From assembly GCA_951406725.2 (NCBI GenBank), contig OX597831.1, forward strand, positions 66,092,001 to 66,156,000: a stretch of 64,000 nt of DNA, in the 5' to 3' direction. Numbering within the stretch: position 1 is the stretch's first letter; the number at the start of each line of letters is the position of its first letter. Of this stretch, positions 1-12,924 are shown in pieces. Source of the stretch: Octopus vulgaris (Eukaryota). The notes below the pieces were generated by a model. The model was not told the origin of the DNA, searched no databases, and was given only the letters and a program-made list of their open reading frames with translations. Made by a program: the position numbers and the translations under genes.

Positions 1-346
1 GGTGGTCCTACCAGGAACCGAAGTTCCTGACGGCATAGCTCTGACACTACCCGTGGCCAGCGTCCCCACTAATTACCTTGCTTAATTTCTCAGTTACTGT
101 ATATATAAATGTAAATGTAAAATTTAGACATGCAAGCCTCTTAGTAGTTATCTATAAACATTTTCTTTTGGATAATTAATGCATAGTATTATATAGGTGT
201 TGTATTTCTTGTTCTAGATAACAATATTGTAATCTTGAAATGTAAGAATACACAAATGGTATATTTTAACATTGATCTTCTACCAGTTTCTGAGGGCTGT
301 AGTCACGAAATAGATCAACATCATCAGTTTCATTGTTAATTATATA

Positions 347-755
347 GGATCTTTTCGGTTTGAACAGAAGTGTCATATGAAATTGTCACCCATAATTATG
401 ACCCTAGTATCGATCTATTGCATTTCAATCTATTTTAGGGTTAGGGTTAGGGTTAGAGGTGGGGGAAGGATATCTTTTTTTCTTCAGAAATGTAAATAAA
501 CCCAATCTGTTTCTTAAACGAGGAACATTTTCATACGGCACAGAATGTTTTCACCTCAATAGATGTCATTGATTGGTTGAAATTGCAGAAATTGAAGAAA
601 AACAACAACAAATATCTTACAAACTATAGAATTTTCTCAATAAAGCCAAGAGAAAAAGATGTTTTATAAACAGATTCTACCAGTATACGAAGTTTAAAAG
701 CGTTTAGTTACGTGGAAATTATTTTTAAAAACTGCCGTTCAAACGGAAAACATCC
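347..755. mobile_element. Merlin-like MITE with internal (TTAGGG)n, copy 1
   Basis: Ends match the family TIR GGATCTTTTCGGTTTGAAC.../...GTTCAAACCGAAAAGATCC; perfect 8-bp TSD ATTATATA (339-346, 756-763); internal TTAGGG repeats at ~435-456. GG-starting TIRs with an 8-bp TSD fit Merlin. Confidence 0.85.
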
Positions 756-3700
756 ATTATATATATCAACATATATCCACATGTGTGTCTAAATTGATTT
801 TGAAATATCACCTGACCCTTCTATTATCTACCTTCACTTTTTTTCTCTATCTATAATCAGTTTATAGCACCCTTTCGCTTCCCACATGTGGTTTTTTCGT
901 AGTTTTTCTCACATATACCTTTCTTTCAATTTTTATTTCAACACCTGTATTTTTAATTGCTGTTTTTTCTCTTTAGATGTCTGGACATATACTTGCCCTG
1001 TCTGCAGACATCCTTTCCTCTCTCACTTTTCTTTCTCTGTCTTTTCTTCTGCTTTTCTGTCCCATTTTTCTTTTCTTTTCTCTTCGTGAGAAGATTAGGG
1101 TTGCTTTACTAATCTTATACTTAAAGCAATCCAAAATACCAACAGATTTCTATATTTTAATAATCAGTCTTATAATTCACTTACAATCAATATATCATTT
1201 ATAATTTGTTCTTTTGTTGTTGCAGCCCATCTGCTTTCCTTGCCTACATTTCCCTTTCATACTTGTCAAATATTCATCATATAATCTCTTCACACACACA
1301 CAAAATACCCATACATATTCCAGCCATAGCACTGCTTAAGGTACTGCTGAGCATTACTACGACTACCATTTCCATTGTCTGGTCCTCTAACTCAAATTCT
1401 TTGTGACCATTCAGCCATACCCTTGAAACAGTTATTGATAGTTATCAGGAACAACACACAACTGCTTAATGCGATTTCTTACATGAGAGTCTTACTGTTA
1501 TTTCTTTATCAGAATGTCTAAACACTCCCCTTAAATTGCTTTTCTTTACTGACTCCTATTAGATCAATTTCACCAGAAAATTTCTCTGTTGGCCTGGTAA
1601 CATGTATTTGATACATTATTGACAGTTGGCACACTTAACCCGAATTCTATATTTGTTGAATAACCTCCTTTATTAATATTTTCTAAGCAATTTTTCTTTC
1701 TTTAATTAAATACAGTTACATTGTTATATAGATGTACTTTCCTCTTATGACATGTTGTTCAGCATAACACCGTCACTCTGCCTTACAACCCATTGTCATC
1801 ATTTTCCTTTACGACTGAACTTGAATACACAACTGGAAAGAAGAAAAGGCACTGATAAATTATTGTTTGGTCAAATTGACCAAACAAACCTATCATCAAA
1901 TGCATTCCAGCCATGACCATTCCATCTTTTTATGAATATATAGGATGGCATTTTTTTTCCTGTGATAATGTAGTGAGATTGAAGAGAGATATTGCTGCTA
2001 TTTCTAGCAAATTGATTAACCATGTAGTGGTATAGATGCATTATGAAAAATCTACTTCTCATGTTCACTGGTGTAAATCAAGAATTGTAACTGTGACAAT
2101 GTAATAAATACAAAATATAAAAAAAACATAAATATAATACCGAAATGAACAATTGTTTATTGGGAAATGTGTTTCCCTAATGATTAAATTAACAGCGTTA
2201 TTGTTAACAAAGATTAGACCAGTTATATGTGATATACCACTTAAGGGAAATGCAGAGCTGATATATAGGATTTACAAAGAAATTATTCAACAAACTAAAA
2301 CTCTTGTAGATAGGGACAGTATTAAGATGGATGAGGGCAATAAGTTGCAAGAAAAGGTAGAGTAACTTTATGCTGTTGAAGTCCCGAGTTCAAATCTTAG
2401 GTTCAATAGAATAGACACCATTAATATTCTGAAAATGATACTATCAACTATATCAGCTTTCCCTTAAAAACTGAACAATAATGAAAATAATAATGAAGGA
2501 TAGCAATGATGATGATGATGATAGTGGCAGTGGTAGCAGCAGTGGCAGCTTTGAAAGTTTACAGATAGAAGTTAGTGTACAGTCATGTGAGTTGGTCTAC
2601 AGTTAGTTTACAGATATGGCAGTTAATCTTACATCAAATTAATACCAAGAAACCAGCCTGATACCATATCAAAGGCAACAACGTTATCTTAGAAAAAGTT
2701 AATGTCATTCAGTGCCTCCTATAATGCTAAAAGGAATTCAGAACATTGCCCCAAGTGTTGTATACCCTCTGTCCCATTAAGTTTTCTCTTCGATTCTCGA
2801 GCATCTATTTCCATATCTACCATTTAAATTCTATAATTATATTTGGTGGAAATATATATTTTACTATTTTACTACTATACTTTTCAACCTTCATTTTTCC
2901 CCCATGTTTTCAGCTCAGGTATATTGCAAGAGGCCAGAACAGAAATGATTGTTGGTATTTAATATAGCTTTCAATAATGATAGACAACTTACATTTCTCT
3001 CTTCTAAGAATCTTTATAAATTGCACATTAGTTCCACATACAAATGAAGAGTCACACTTAAAAGACATCCAAACAGAGAACCGTTTCTTTTACATGATTA
3101 ATAATGCTAGTGTTCTGTAGTATTTTATATTTTGTTTAATTCTTTTAGTGTTTTAACCATCAAAGTTAAGGGCATAAGTGGATTATTCTACAGAGTGATG
3201 TGTTTGTATATAAGTAAGAAAATGGTAATATAAGCTATCAGTTGCATGAGGTAAAAGTGGTGGTGCTAAGGTTTGAAGCCAACAAGATTTGCTTTGCCTC
3301 ATAGAATATCTTTTGATATTTCTACTTTTATTTTTACTTACAAAGGAAAGTGAATTTTTCTTGAACTTTTGTTTTTTTTAGTTTGATATTTAGTATAATA
3401 AGACAAGAAATAGTTTGTACAAGTAAGTAATTACTCTTGCATTCTTTTTTCTTTTCTAATTGAACCACTTCTGTATACCTTTCCCAAATCACATAACATA
3501 GAAGAGAGTAAAACAGATGTTCTAAATAATTTCTTGTCTTTGGTGTAAAGAAAGTTTTTGTGTCTACTGAGAGTAGGAAATTATTTTATAAAGGTTGTCT
3601 CTTCGTGTACTGATATAGTAGTTTGAGGTGGGAAATAAGACAAGAAGGAAAATGAAAAGAAAATCCAGTGCTATTGGAGGAGAAGATAAATCAAGCAGTA

Positions 3701-4527
3701 ACAACACCAGTAAGAGCAGTAGTAGTAGTAATAGCAGAGCAACAGCAGCAATAACAGCAGCAGCAACGGCAGGAACATTGCCTAGACTCCGAGAGAGACT
3801 AAATAAACTGTAGCAGCAGTAGTTGTAACAATGTTTGCAGCTGTGGCCTACTAACTTTCATGTTAGTATTGATGTATTATTTCATAAGAGAACAGCATTT
3901 GCGACTAGCTGAGCAAAAAGGAAAGAAGCCAAGATAGGTCTGATTTTAAATAGAAATATTTACTGTGTTTTCAAGGAATACAGCATTACAGGGTGTGTGT
4001 ATATGGATGCTAAATCAGAATTCATTACTGTTTGACAGCACTTTCAATCTTATTTATCAACAGGACTCCTCATAACCATTTCTTTTATACATATATATAT
4101 GTATATATATATTTATATATATAAGTCAGTATTCAAAAAGCATTTGCTTTCCAATAGCTATGTTGAATACTTATATTTTCTTTAGCTGTTGCACATGTTA
4201 ATGCACAAATACATATATGCATACAGACACACATACACATACACACACACAATTACTATATATGTTTGTATGTAGTATTTTTCATAAGATTATTAAATAT
4301 TTAAACTTTTTATTCTAGCAGTTTACATGAAGTTTACAAAATATTTGTAGAATAAATATTATTTATTAAATGCAGTAAATAAATTCTTGATACAATTTGC
4401 TTAAAAGAAAAGAAAATGTAGAAAAATTGAGCTTGAGAAATATTTTATATAACCTGTTTATATGCAACTTTAATCGGGCATGATATTTGGGAAACTATTA
4501 TAAAACACATACCATAGATATTCCTAA

Positions 4528-4622
4528 ATGGAGAATCCTAATTACTCTAAAGTTGTCCTACCTCGGGTCCTTAGTACCAGTGCACTGAGAGTACCAAAAC
4601 AGCGGTATTCATTCTGGCAAAG
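4528..4622 (+). CDS. Putative alternative first coding exon, MENPNYSKVVLPRVLSTSALRVPKQRYSFWQ(R); possibly the N-terminus of a PDE4/dunce-like short isoform (tentative)
   Basis: ATG at 4528 directly after an in-frame TAA; 31 codons + 2 nt without a stop; strong donor AAG|GTAAGA at 4622/4623 (phase 2); GC-richer than the flanks; lies in a TE-poor island. The family guess comes only from recall of an LPRxLSTSxLR..R.SFW motif. Confidence 0.65.
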
Positions 4623-7600
4623 GTAAGATTTTTTTCATCATTCATCATTTCAATCTTTAATAAAAAATATACTAGGAAGAAAAACAGATCAATATATCAA
4701 TTAAGTTTGTGCTAAAAAAATGCACTTAATTTTTTCATATAGAAAACTTAATGATTTATAACTTAAAATATACCATTCTTTTAACATCAATTAATTTGAA
4801 GATATTTGGTAATATGAAAATTGATTGTGGCAGAGGAAGTGTTGTGGATATAGGTACCAAATATTTTTTAGATTTCAGCTTCTTTTTGATATTTTACAAG
4901 TATAGACGTTGCGGAATTGTTATTAGATATAAATTTTAATTATCATTTCTTCTGTTCTGCCAGTATATTCTAATTTATAAATTTGTTGACAAAGTATATA
5001 AATGCTGTTAATTAATTTCATTCATCAATAAAAGTCTTTTAGCAAATGAACTGGTACGATTTTATATATCAGTCAGTCCTATTAATTGAAATTCCACAGA
5101 GATTTCTGCATTAAAAAAAGTATACATTGAACCATAACATCTTGTAAACATGTACATACCACATAGTTTTCACTTCATAAGTTTTTATTTATGATGAATG
5201 GCAAGCAGCTTAGCTGCAATCCTAATTTCATTCCATTTTATGGCTATTTCTTTTACTCCTCAAATAGCCTAAAGCTCACCACTGATGAATACTTCATGTT
5301 ATTAAAAGTGAAGTAATTAATTTTAGGATTATGATATGAAATAAATAAATATATATTTACATTTATCATAAATATTTCTAATTATTTGAAAGTTTCAAAC
5401 ATTTTTTTTTACCATTGAAAATCTTTCATCAAATTGAGAATCTTTCTGCTGTTTCAATTTCACCATCAAATTTTATACATTCTTATTCACAAAACTCTAT
5501 AGCAACTAATCCAAAAGACTCGCATCCCCACTAACATTTTGTTAATAACAGATGCATTTTGAAGTGAGATAGAATTTACCAAACACCCAGCCTTAATACA
5601 TTATTTGTCAATTGTACACCTGTTGCATACCTGTAACTGTAGCAACTAGTGAGCTGTGCCACGTTCGGTCCCACTCTCGCACAGTACACAGTGCAGGTGA
5701 GAGAGTGTAAGTCACAAATTGTTTTGTTTATTGTTCAAAATTTTTGGCACCCCTTAGTTATATGAAATTCTCAAACACTATACTAGTAGCGAGAATTCCT
5801 TATAGTTAAGGAATATATTCACCTGATAGAAGGTGTATATGATCAATGAGGAACTAGCTGTTGCACACACACCAAAGATGACGGAACAAGTCTAAACATT
5901 CACAAATAATCTGATACCTATTTTGAACAATTAATTGATATTCTTGTGTCTCTAGTCGATAATGTGTTTGGGTACACTCTTAACTGGTATCGCTGTAGCA
6001 AGTTATACCCTTGTGCCTAGAAACGATAGAGTAGTTCTTCAATGCGAGACCTTAATGTACACTGCAACATTTGAATATAAAGGGAACAACACAAACCAGT
6101 GAAGAAGCTGCTAGAAATAGCACCCAGGTCTCTTCAAAACGTCGTCTTGTAATTTTAAGAAGGCAAGAGCTAAAAGCATCTTTGATCATAGGACTGCTTG
6201 ACCTGACATCACATGGTGCTTAATAATTACAACAACAACATCAAATGAACTGCATACTGTTACTGCTGATTTCTTTTATTTTTTATTTTTATTTAAATCA
6301 ATTTCTAAAAACATAAAGAACTTCACAATGAAATAAATTCTTTTCATTCTTCCGTTCTTAAACATGCTGGAAAAAAGTATTATTACCAGTTATCTGTTTT
6401 TTTTGTTCTTAGTCATTGCTAATTACATAGACCTATGATTAAAAGTATTCCACATTGATCATCACATCTTAATTTCTAGAATGGTGTCCTTTATGAAGGT
6501 GTGATTTGAGAAAGATTTGGGTGAGGCTCCCTTGTTCGCTTGCTTACTGTCTTGTCAGTGTTAATATTACCTATAATAAACAATCATCAGTTAATAATGA
6601 AATCAAGGCCTGTTGTTGTTCTTGCTCTTTAACCCCAAGTTAGTCCTGATTACAGGCATTCTAGCCAAGGCTGTGCTAACATTTTAGGGGTATCAAACAC
6701 ATTTTCAAAACCATAAGTTATTATTCAAGAGCAATTTTGATACTGTTACTCACAGGTTGAGTAACTGCGTGAATCTTTTTTGTTGTTCTCTAAAATTACT
6801 GAAGTTAATAACAATTAATCACATTTCTACAGTGATAACATATTTTTACTTGAGAAATATATTCAAGCAAGTTGACACCAGCATGTAACTGGTACATATT
6901 TTATTAACCGTAGTAGCAAAAAAGCCAAGTTAAACCTGCAGAAGAACTGAAAATATAATGTCAAAGAATTAAAATAAATTCTGCAAGGCATTTACTTTGG
7001 CACTCTGCAGTTTCTACTACACCATTGCACAATTAATGGGAAATCAATAATCACAATAACTTTCAATATCACTTGGATAGTAGTAATTTTTGATAATATT
7101 TCTTGTCCAACTACTTTATAGCTTCAGTTAATAATTTTAAAGCCTTGAGTATTTCAGTTAAGTAAAGAGTTTGAGTGAAGTCCATCTCATAATATTACTC
7201 TAAGCTTCCCTTCTCATTTTCTGTCTGCCGTGGCTGGATAGGGGACATTCTGTAGATTGTATATTCACATATTACTAGAAATAGTGTATTGTAGCTTTGA
7301 GATATATTTTACTGTTCCTAGCCACTACAATAACACAACCTTCATAAGCCTTGTACTGTGTAGGAGCTACGAAGTCTTTAATGTACATGTGTATTGATTA
7401 CTTTACTGGTCAACATTCTGGCAGAATGGTGATCTGTCCCATTTGCTCTCTATAGGTCCGTTTTAATTCCTTAGAGAGGTTTGTACTAAAAGAAATATTA
7501 GAAGCCTAAAAAAATCATCATAATCAACCTCATTGTCATCCTTAACTTTCCACCAACACCTGTACCATCTATCTCCTCCTCCTCGTCATCATCATCATCA

Positions 7601-7978
7601 CCACCACCACCACCACCACCACCACCACCATCTAAACATCTAAACATCGATGGAGATAGCCATAGCAATAACCTTTCAATCCTCCACTTTCTTTTCTCAA
7701 CAACCATTAGCAGGTTCTCCAAGAGCCAGATCTTTGATGAAAGTAATAATAAGTTTTCTAAGATTAGCAATATTATTGCAACTTTTTTTTTTTTTGCTTT
7801 GGTCTGGTGGAAAGGGTTCTCTGAGACCAGTGAAGGAAGGGGCAGGGGAAATTTCAAAGAGATGAGGGGCTGAGTCTAGGGTGTGAATTCTGAGGCAAGG
7901 TAGGATTAATGAAAAGAGGAGAAACAAATATGCTGGATGAGTTTGAACATCAGTTCCATTAATGGTGCTGCAAATACC

Positions 7979-8211
7979 TGTTTCTTTATTATCCACAAGG
8001 GGCTAAATATAGAGGGGACAAACAAGGACAGACAAATGGATTAAGCCGATTGCAGCGACCCCAGTGCGTAACTGGTACTTAATTTATCGACCCTGAAGGA
8101 TGAAAGGCAAAGTCGACCTCGGCAAAATTTGAACTCAGAACGTAACGCCAGACGAAATACTGCTAAGCATTTCACCCAGTGCGCTAATGTCTCTGCCAGC
8201 TTGCCGCCTTT
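7979..8211 (-). mobile_element. tRNA-derived SINE, family C (GGCGGCGAGCTGGCAGAA head)
   Basis: Box B-like GAGTTCAAAT; 16-bp TSD TGGTGCTGCAAATACC (7963-7978, 8212-8227); homologous to 29579-29809 and 29936-30164. Confidence 0.9.
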
Positions 8212-9588
8212 TGGTGCTGCAAATACCACTGATGCAATCATCTTTAAAGAAAGTGCAAAAAAATTTCTTTAATCACACAAATCATTATCATCTTCATCAT
8301 CATCATCATCATCCTCATTTCGTTGTCTATTTTTCCACTATTACAAGGGTTGGCTAGATTTACATATTTTCTTTGCACTTCATTGTATAGCACCTAATTT
8401 GTGTAGCCAAAGCTTCTAGTATTTCGGATACTTTCGTCTTGGAAGCTTTTATTTGGCCTACGTCTATTTATGCATTCTCACAAGTACCCTCAATAGCTTT
8501 CTACTGAGCGTATGTCAATCCATATTAATACATTTACTTCTCTTCTATTATTTCAATTTAATTGTACTCAGCCAGTCATTCAAGTTTTAAATTCTTTTCA
8601 TTAGCTATTCATTAGATTGTTCACAGTTTGTTCCTTTCAAATGGCTTCAGGTAGTTTATTACAATGAATTAAAATTGACGTGTATTGTAATATCTGTCAT
8701 TCATTGCTAATTGTTCTCACTTTTTTTGTTGCAATCTCACATATCCAAGCTTTTTAGATATAGAGCATTGAATTTATTTAAAATTGAACAAATAGTTTCA
8801 TGATTTACAAAATATGCAAATGAATTAATTACCAAATGTAAGTCTGTGGTAATTTTCTCTTGTATACTTCTTTATATTTTTGTAATTTTAGATAAGTGTT
8901 CATTTATATTACTTGATAATGAGAGTGTCTTCTTTTCCAATCTGAATTAAGTAGAGTCTAGGGATATTTGCACATGCTGTATGCAGGATCTGTACTGGAA
9001 GATCACAAAGGTGATCCATTAGCAATGGGGAATAAGTTTTAGAGGTGGGTAGAAAGCTAGAATTATCACACTCCATGAAAAGGTAAAAAAATATAGTTAT
9101 ATTGAAATGTCACAAAGGGTTAAAATTCTAGTCGGATTTTATTCCTAATTTGTATAATTCTTCTTGATGCTTTTAAAATTTCTATACCTAACTGTGAAAG
9201 CTCTATTGCTTTCATTGGTATCATGTTTTAAGCTGATTTTATTCAACATTTCTTGAGTAATCTTTATAGCTGGTTGTGAAACTGTTTCTCATAAAAGTAG
9301 GCTCTCTTTACTTCACTCATATTCTGTATTCAGTAGCATCATAAGTTTATTTTTATTAAGTAAAACTAATATATCATTCTAGATATAATCTTAATTTCAA
9401 GTTAATCACAGGTGAATGATCTCCTCAAATTTAACCTGACTTAGGGGATCTCTCTTATGTTAAAATGCTGGACTAAACTGTTTTTTAAATATAGAATTAA
9501 TTATTTTGCTGATGGTTATATTATTTATTATCCTATATTTGTTGTCAGGTTTACACAATTGATGAAAATATTGGAGATCTATCAAAAA

Positions 9589-9916
9589 CAGTGGTTCTCA
9601 ACTGGGGTCCATTTAAGATTTTTTGTGGTCCACACAACAAAATAATAAGTGGGGACCCACAATAGTATTTTAAGGGCCCCTGAAAAAAATTTGCTATAGA
9701 TATATGTATAGATATGTATTGCAAGAAACAGCTAGGTTTCTTTCTTTGACATTTTACATAGTTCAACCTATACAAGTAAATGTGCGAAAAACAAAATAGG
9801 AATTTTGAAAATTTCTATAAAACTAGGTTTTAAACATTGATTGGCTACAGGGGTTCACCAGAATAAAATAATAATCAAAGGGGTCCATAGATAAAGAAAA
9901 TGGTTGAGAATCCCTG
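9589..9916. mobile_element. hAT/Charlie-like MITE
   Basis: Imperfect TIRs CAGTGGTTCTCAAC / GTTGAGAATCCCTG and repeated GGGGTCC subterminal motifs; TSD decayed. Confidence 0.7.
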
Positions 9917-10169
9917 ATCTAAGGATTGGTTACAAGATCTTTAATGAAATTAATGCTAATGTTTCCTCAATCAGCATTATTGTTGTACAAATTTGATGGT
10001 TTTATAGGAGAAAAGAACCTTTGCAGACTCTCTGAGACCATAACAGGAAAGGGCAGGCGGAATTCCAGAGAAATGAAGGATTTAGGGATTAGTGTAAGAA
10101 GTGTGGTGTACAAAAGGAGAAGGGGTGGATGTGTTGGGTGATTAAGAACATCAGTCCCATTAAAATAAA

Positions 10170-10641
10170 AAATAATAATAATAATAATGAAATTATTGTA
10201 GACAGTGCTCAGGTGCACCACAACTTGTCAAAAGTGCATATAAAGCATATGCAGTAATGTACAAATGTCTGGAAAGTGGATAGTGTATGAGTCAGATACA
10301 TGCTTGCATGTGTATGGAGGGGAGAAAATCAGGTGTAGTGTTGGCAAATCTCAGGAAGCATGGAAGTTTTGAAGGATGCAGTGCTCCGACAACTAACAAC
10401 TGATGCCGGCAGTTTGTTCCATGCTTCAGCAACTCTTAGCGTGAAAAAATGTTTCCGGAAGTCATAGGAGCTGTGCTGTTTTCTGACTTTGTAAACATGT
10501 CCACGGGTGTTAGACAGGTGGAGTTTGAAAAGGTGGTCAGAGTTATTGTTTGTAAGATGGTTAATAATTTTATGGGTGTCTGCCAAGTCAGCTGCCAGAT
10601 GTCGGAGTTTCAATGTGTCCATGCCCAGGGAAGTAAGGCAT
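10170..10641 (-). mobile_element. CR1-clade LINE 3' fragment
   Basis: ORF 10329-10622 encodes NTRGHVYKV...RKHFFTLRVAEAWNKLP, a typical CR1 ORF2 C-terminus, followed by a 3'UTR and (TTA)n tail. Confidence 0.85.
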
Positions 10642-11734
10642 TGCTGACCATCTTCCTGAAAATGAGTGAAAAGTGAAAATGATTACAGTCAAATTGTCAA
10701 AAAACACTTTGATCAACATTACAACCCTTCAGATAATCAGATGAAAGCTCTTCCACTCTGTCTTGGATTTTTATCTCAAATTTGTTTTGCAGCTGCAAAT
10801 TATTTGGGACTTGGAAATATGTTTACAAGGTTCAGAGTTATAAAATAATTTCTTTTGACAAGGAACGGAGCCAAATTTGCAATAAAGAAATATAGAGACT
10901 GGATGTGTCATCCAATATATGTTGCTTTATTTCCTGAGAGGAAATTAAATTCTATGTTTTACTTCATCTAGTTAAATAGGAAATATGTATCAGATCTCGT
11001 GAAAGATTATTAGAATCAACTGGTTTTAGAATTTATTAATAGAATCAACAAAAGCAGTTATGTAAAGGCCAATATATAGAGCTAAGTAATTGTTCAATGG
11101 AACTTTATGTGACATTCATACCTTATGTGCATATATTGTTGACAACAATCGGTCATGTTTCGAATCCAGAGCAATAAAGCATCATTTAGTTAAAAGTACC
11201 CAGTTTAGTACATTACATTCTTTACTGGTCAGAAAATACAAAATTGTCTATTAAATTCAAATATAAATTTTATCAAATTTTATATGACATGTTTTAGTGT
11301 AACACTTTAGCCACAAATTTTACTAAAACTGTAAAAAGAAATTGTTGAAAATTAAGATTTTGGCCCAGGCCTTGCCTAACATAATATTGCTACCTGATGA
11401 ACTTAGTGACACCATGAATATCAAGATGCTTTCTGACAGGTTTATTCTAAAGTGAATATGAATGCGGAAGTGATTTACTCTTCAGTTTATAGCTCTTGGA
11501 AATACACCACTCTCAGCCATGTGTCTATTAGTAAATAGGTTACTAATGGAATAGGACTTATCTAGTACTTGTCAGCAACACATCTACGAACAGTATGTTG
11601 TACATTTATAATACAGCTTCTTTGTCATCATACTTGAAATACCTGAAATACTTGTTAATATTTATTGATTCTTTAAAATCAATCCACCTACATTGATTGT
11701 TTAATTGTAAAGTATGAACGTTCGTCTATATCTG

Positions 11735-11762
11735 TCTGTGTGTGCATGTATGTATATATATA

Positions 11763-11809
<47 letters not shown>

Positions 11810-11900
11810 ATATATATATATGTGTGTGTGTATGTATGTATGTACATGTCTGTGTGTGTGTGTGTATGTATATGTATGTATGTAGATATGTAAATGTGTA
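11735..11900. repeat. Compound (TG)n/(TA)n microsatellite
   Basis: Seen directly. Confidence 0.95.
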
Positions 11901-12592
11901 TAACTTAGATGTGAATTATATATGCTGTAACAATTTATTATACTTTTTGAGAAGATAATTATAAAATCTTAATGTAAAAAAATGTTTATTAATTACAATG
12001 ACATTAATAGTTGATTTAAAGCTTAGATATTCCATTTGTATTCTCGACACCCACGTTATCTTGTATGGCTTCCAAATTATTCAAAATTTCTCCTCTTATT
12101 GAACCGACTCTTGTTTATACAGTGCACTACTATTTGTTTTCTTTGAATATTACTGGCTAAATCTCATTGCTATAGTTACTCTTTGCCTTTGCATGATGAT
12201 ATTTTATTCTTACAAGTGGAGACTTGGTGAATATTTGATTTTTTTCAGATCACATCAAAAAATGGTTGGTAATTTGTTCAAGAAGCAATACTAATGAGGT
12301 GCATGTAATCACAGATTAACAATTGCTATGAACTTCTTGTTTACCAGTATTATTATATTGCAGCAGTTGGATGTCACAGCCTACATATCAATGCCATGCA
12401 CTGTGTATCTGCACTTTTTATTAACGTTTGCAGTTTAATTCTTGTTTTTAATTATTTTAGTTCTAAATTCTTGTTAAAGCCAAAATACTACATATGTTTA
12501 TTTTCCATAATGTTATATGGTTTATTTCTTAGTTCTGTTCTGAAATGACGATGTTTCAAGGAAACTAAAAGTTAATTCTTTCAGTTTCTTAA

Positions 12593-12924
12593 TCTCTCTA
12601 TATATATAAACGGCAAAATGTCTGCGTGTGTGTCCTTTATACAAATCCACCATTTTTCAGTTAGAGGGCTCGCACTTTCTATGGTCATTCAAAACCATCC
12701 AAGGGTGGTCGTGCACATCTTTACATTTCCCCAGTCACCCCGCAAAGCCATTGAAAAATCAATAGAAGTGACCTTTTTTGTGAATTTTCTATCCAAAAGC
12801 CAATCAAAATGCCTGAAACTTGATACGCCAATTGAATGCCAGCTAGCTGTATGTGATTAGTCGAAGATTTGGACAGTACTCGCATGTATGTGTGCATGCA
12901 CGCAGCTGTATATGCATGCACTAG
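12593..12924 (+). mobile_element. Non-autonomous Helitron-like fragment
   Basis: Begins A|TCTCTCTATATATATAAACGGC, a typical Helitron 5' end; ends in a TGCATGCA..TGCATGCA hairpin followed by CTAG. The base after CTAG is C rather than T. Confidence 0.5.

Noticed and set aside
270-335. Hammerhead-like words (minus strand CTGATGA...GAAACTGGTA; plus strand CTGAGGG...GAAA)
   Set aside because: Stems I and II do not pair convincingly in either orientation.
435-456. Telomere or chromosome-fusion scar
   Set aside because: The TTAGGG runs are short and always inside the same MITE.
3628-3813. 61-aa Ser/Ala-rich ORF
   Set aside because: Low-complexity trinucleotide tract with a GTG start; more likely UTR or promoter sequence.
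8987-9010. 24-nt microexon candidate
   Set aside because: No polypyrimidine tract and a weak donor (GTGATC).
11394-11425. CTGATGA on the + strand
   Set aside because: No GAAA core and no stem I.
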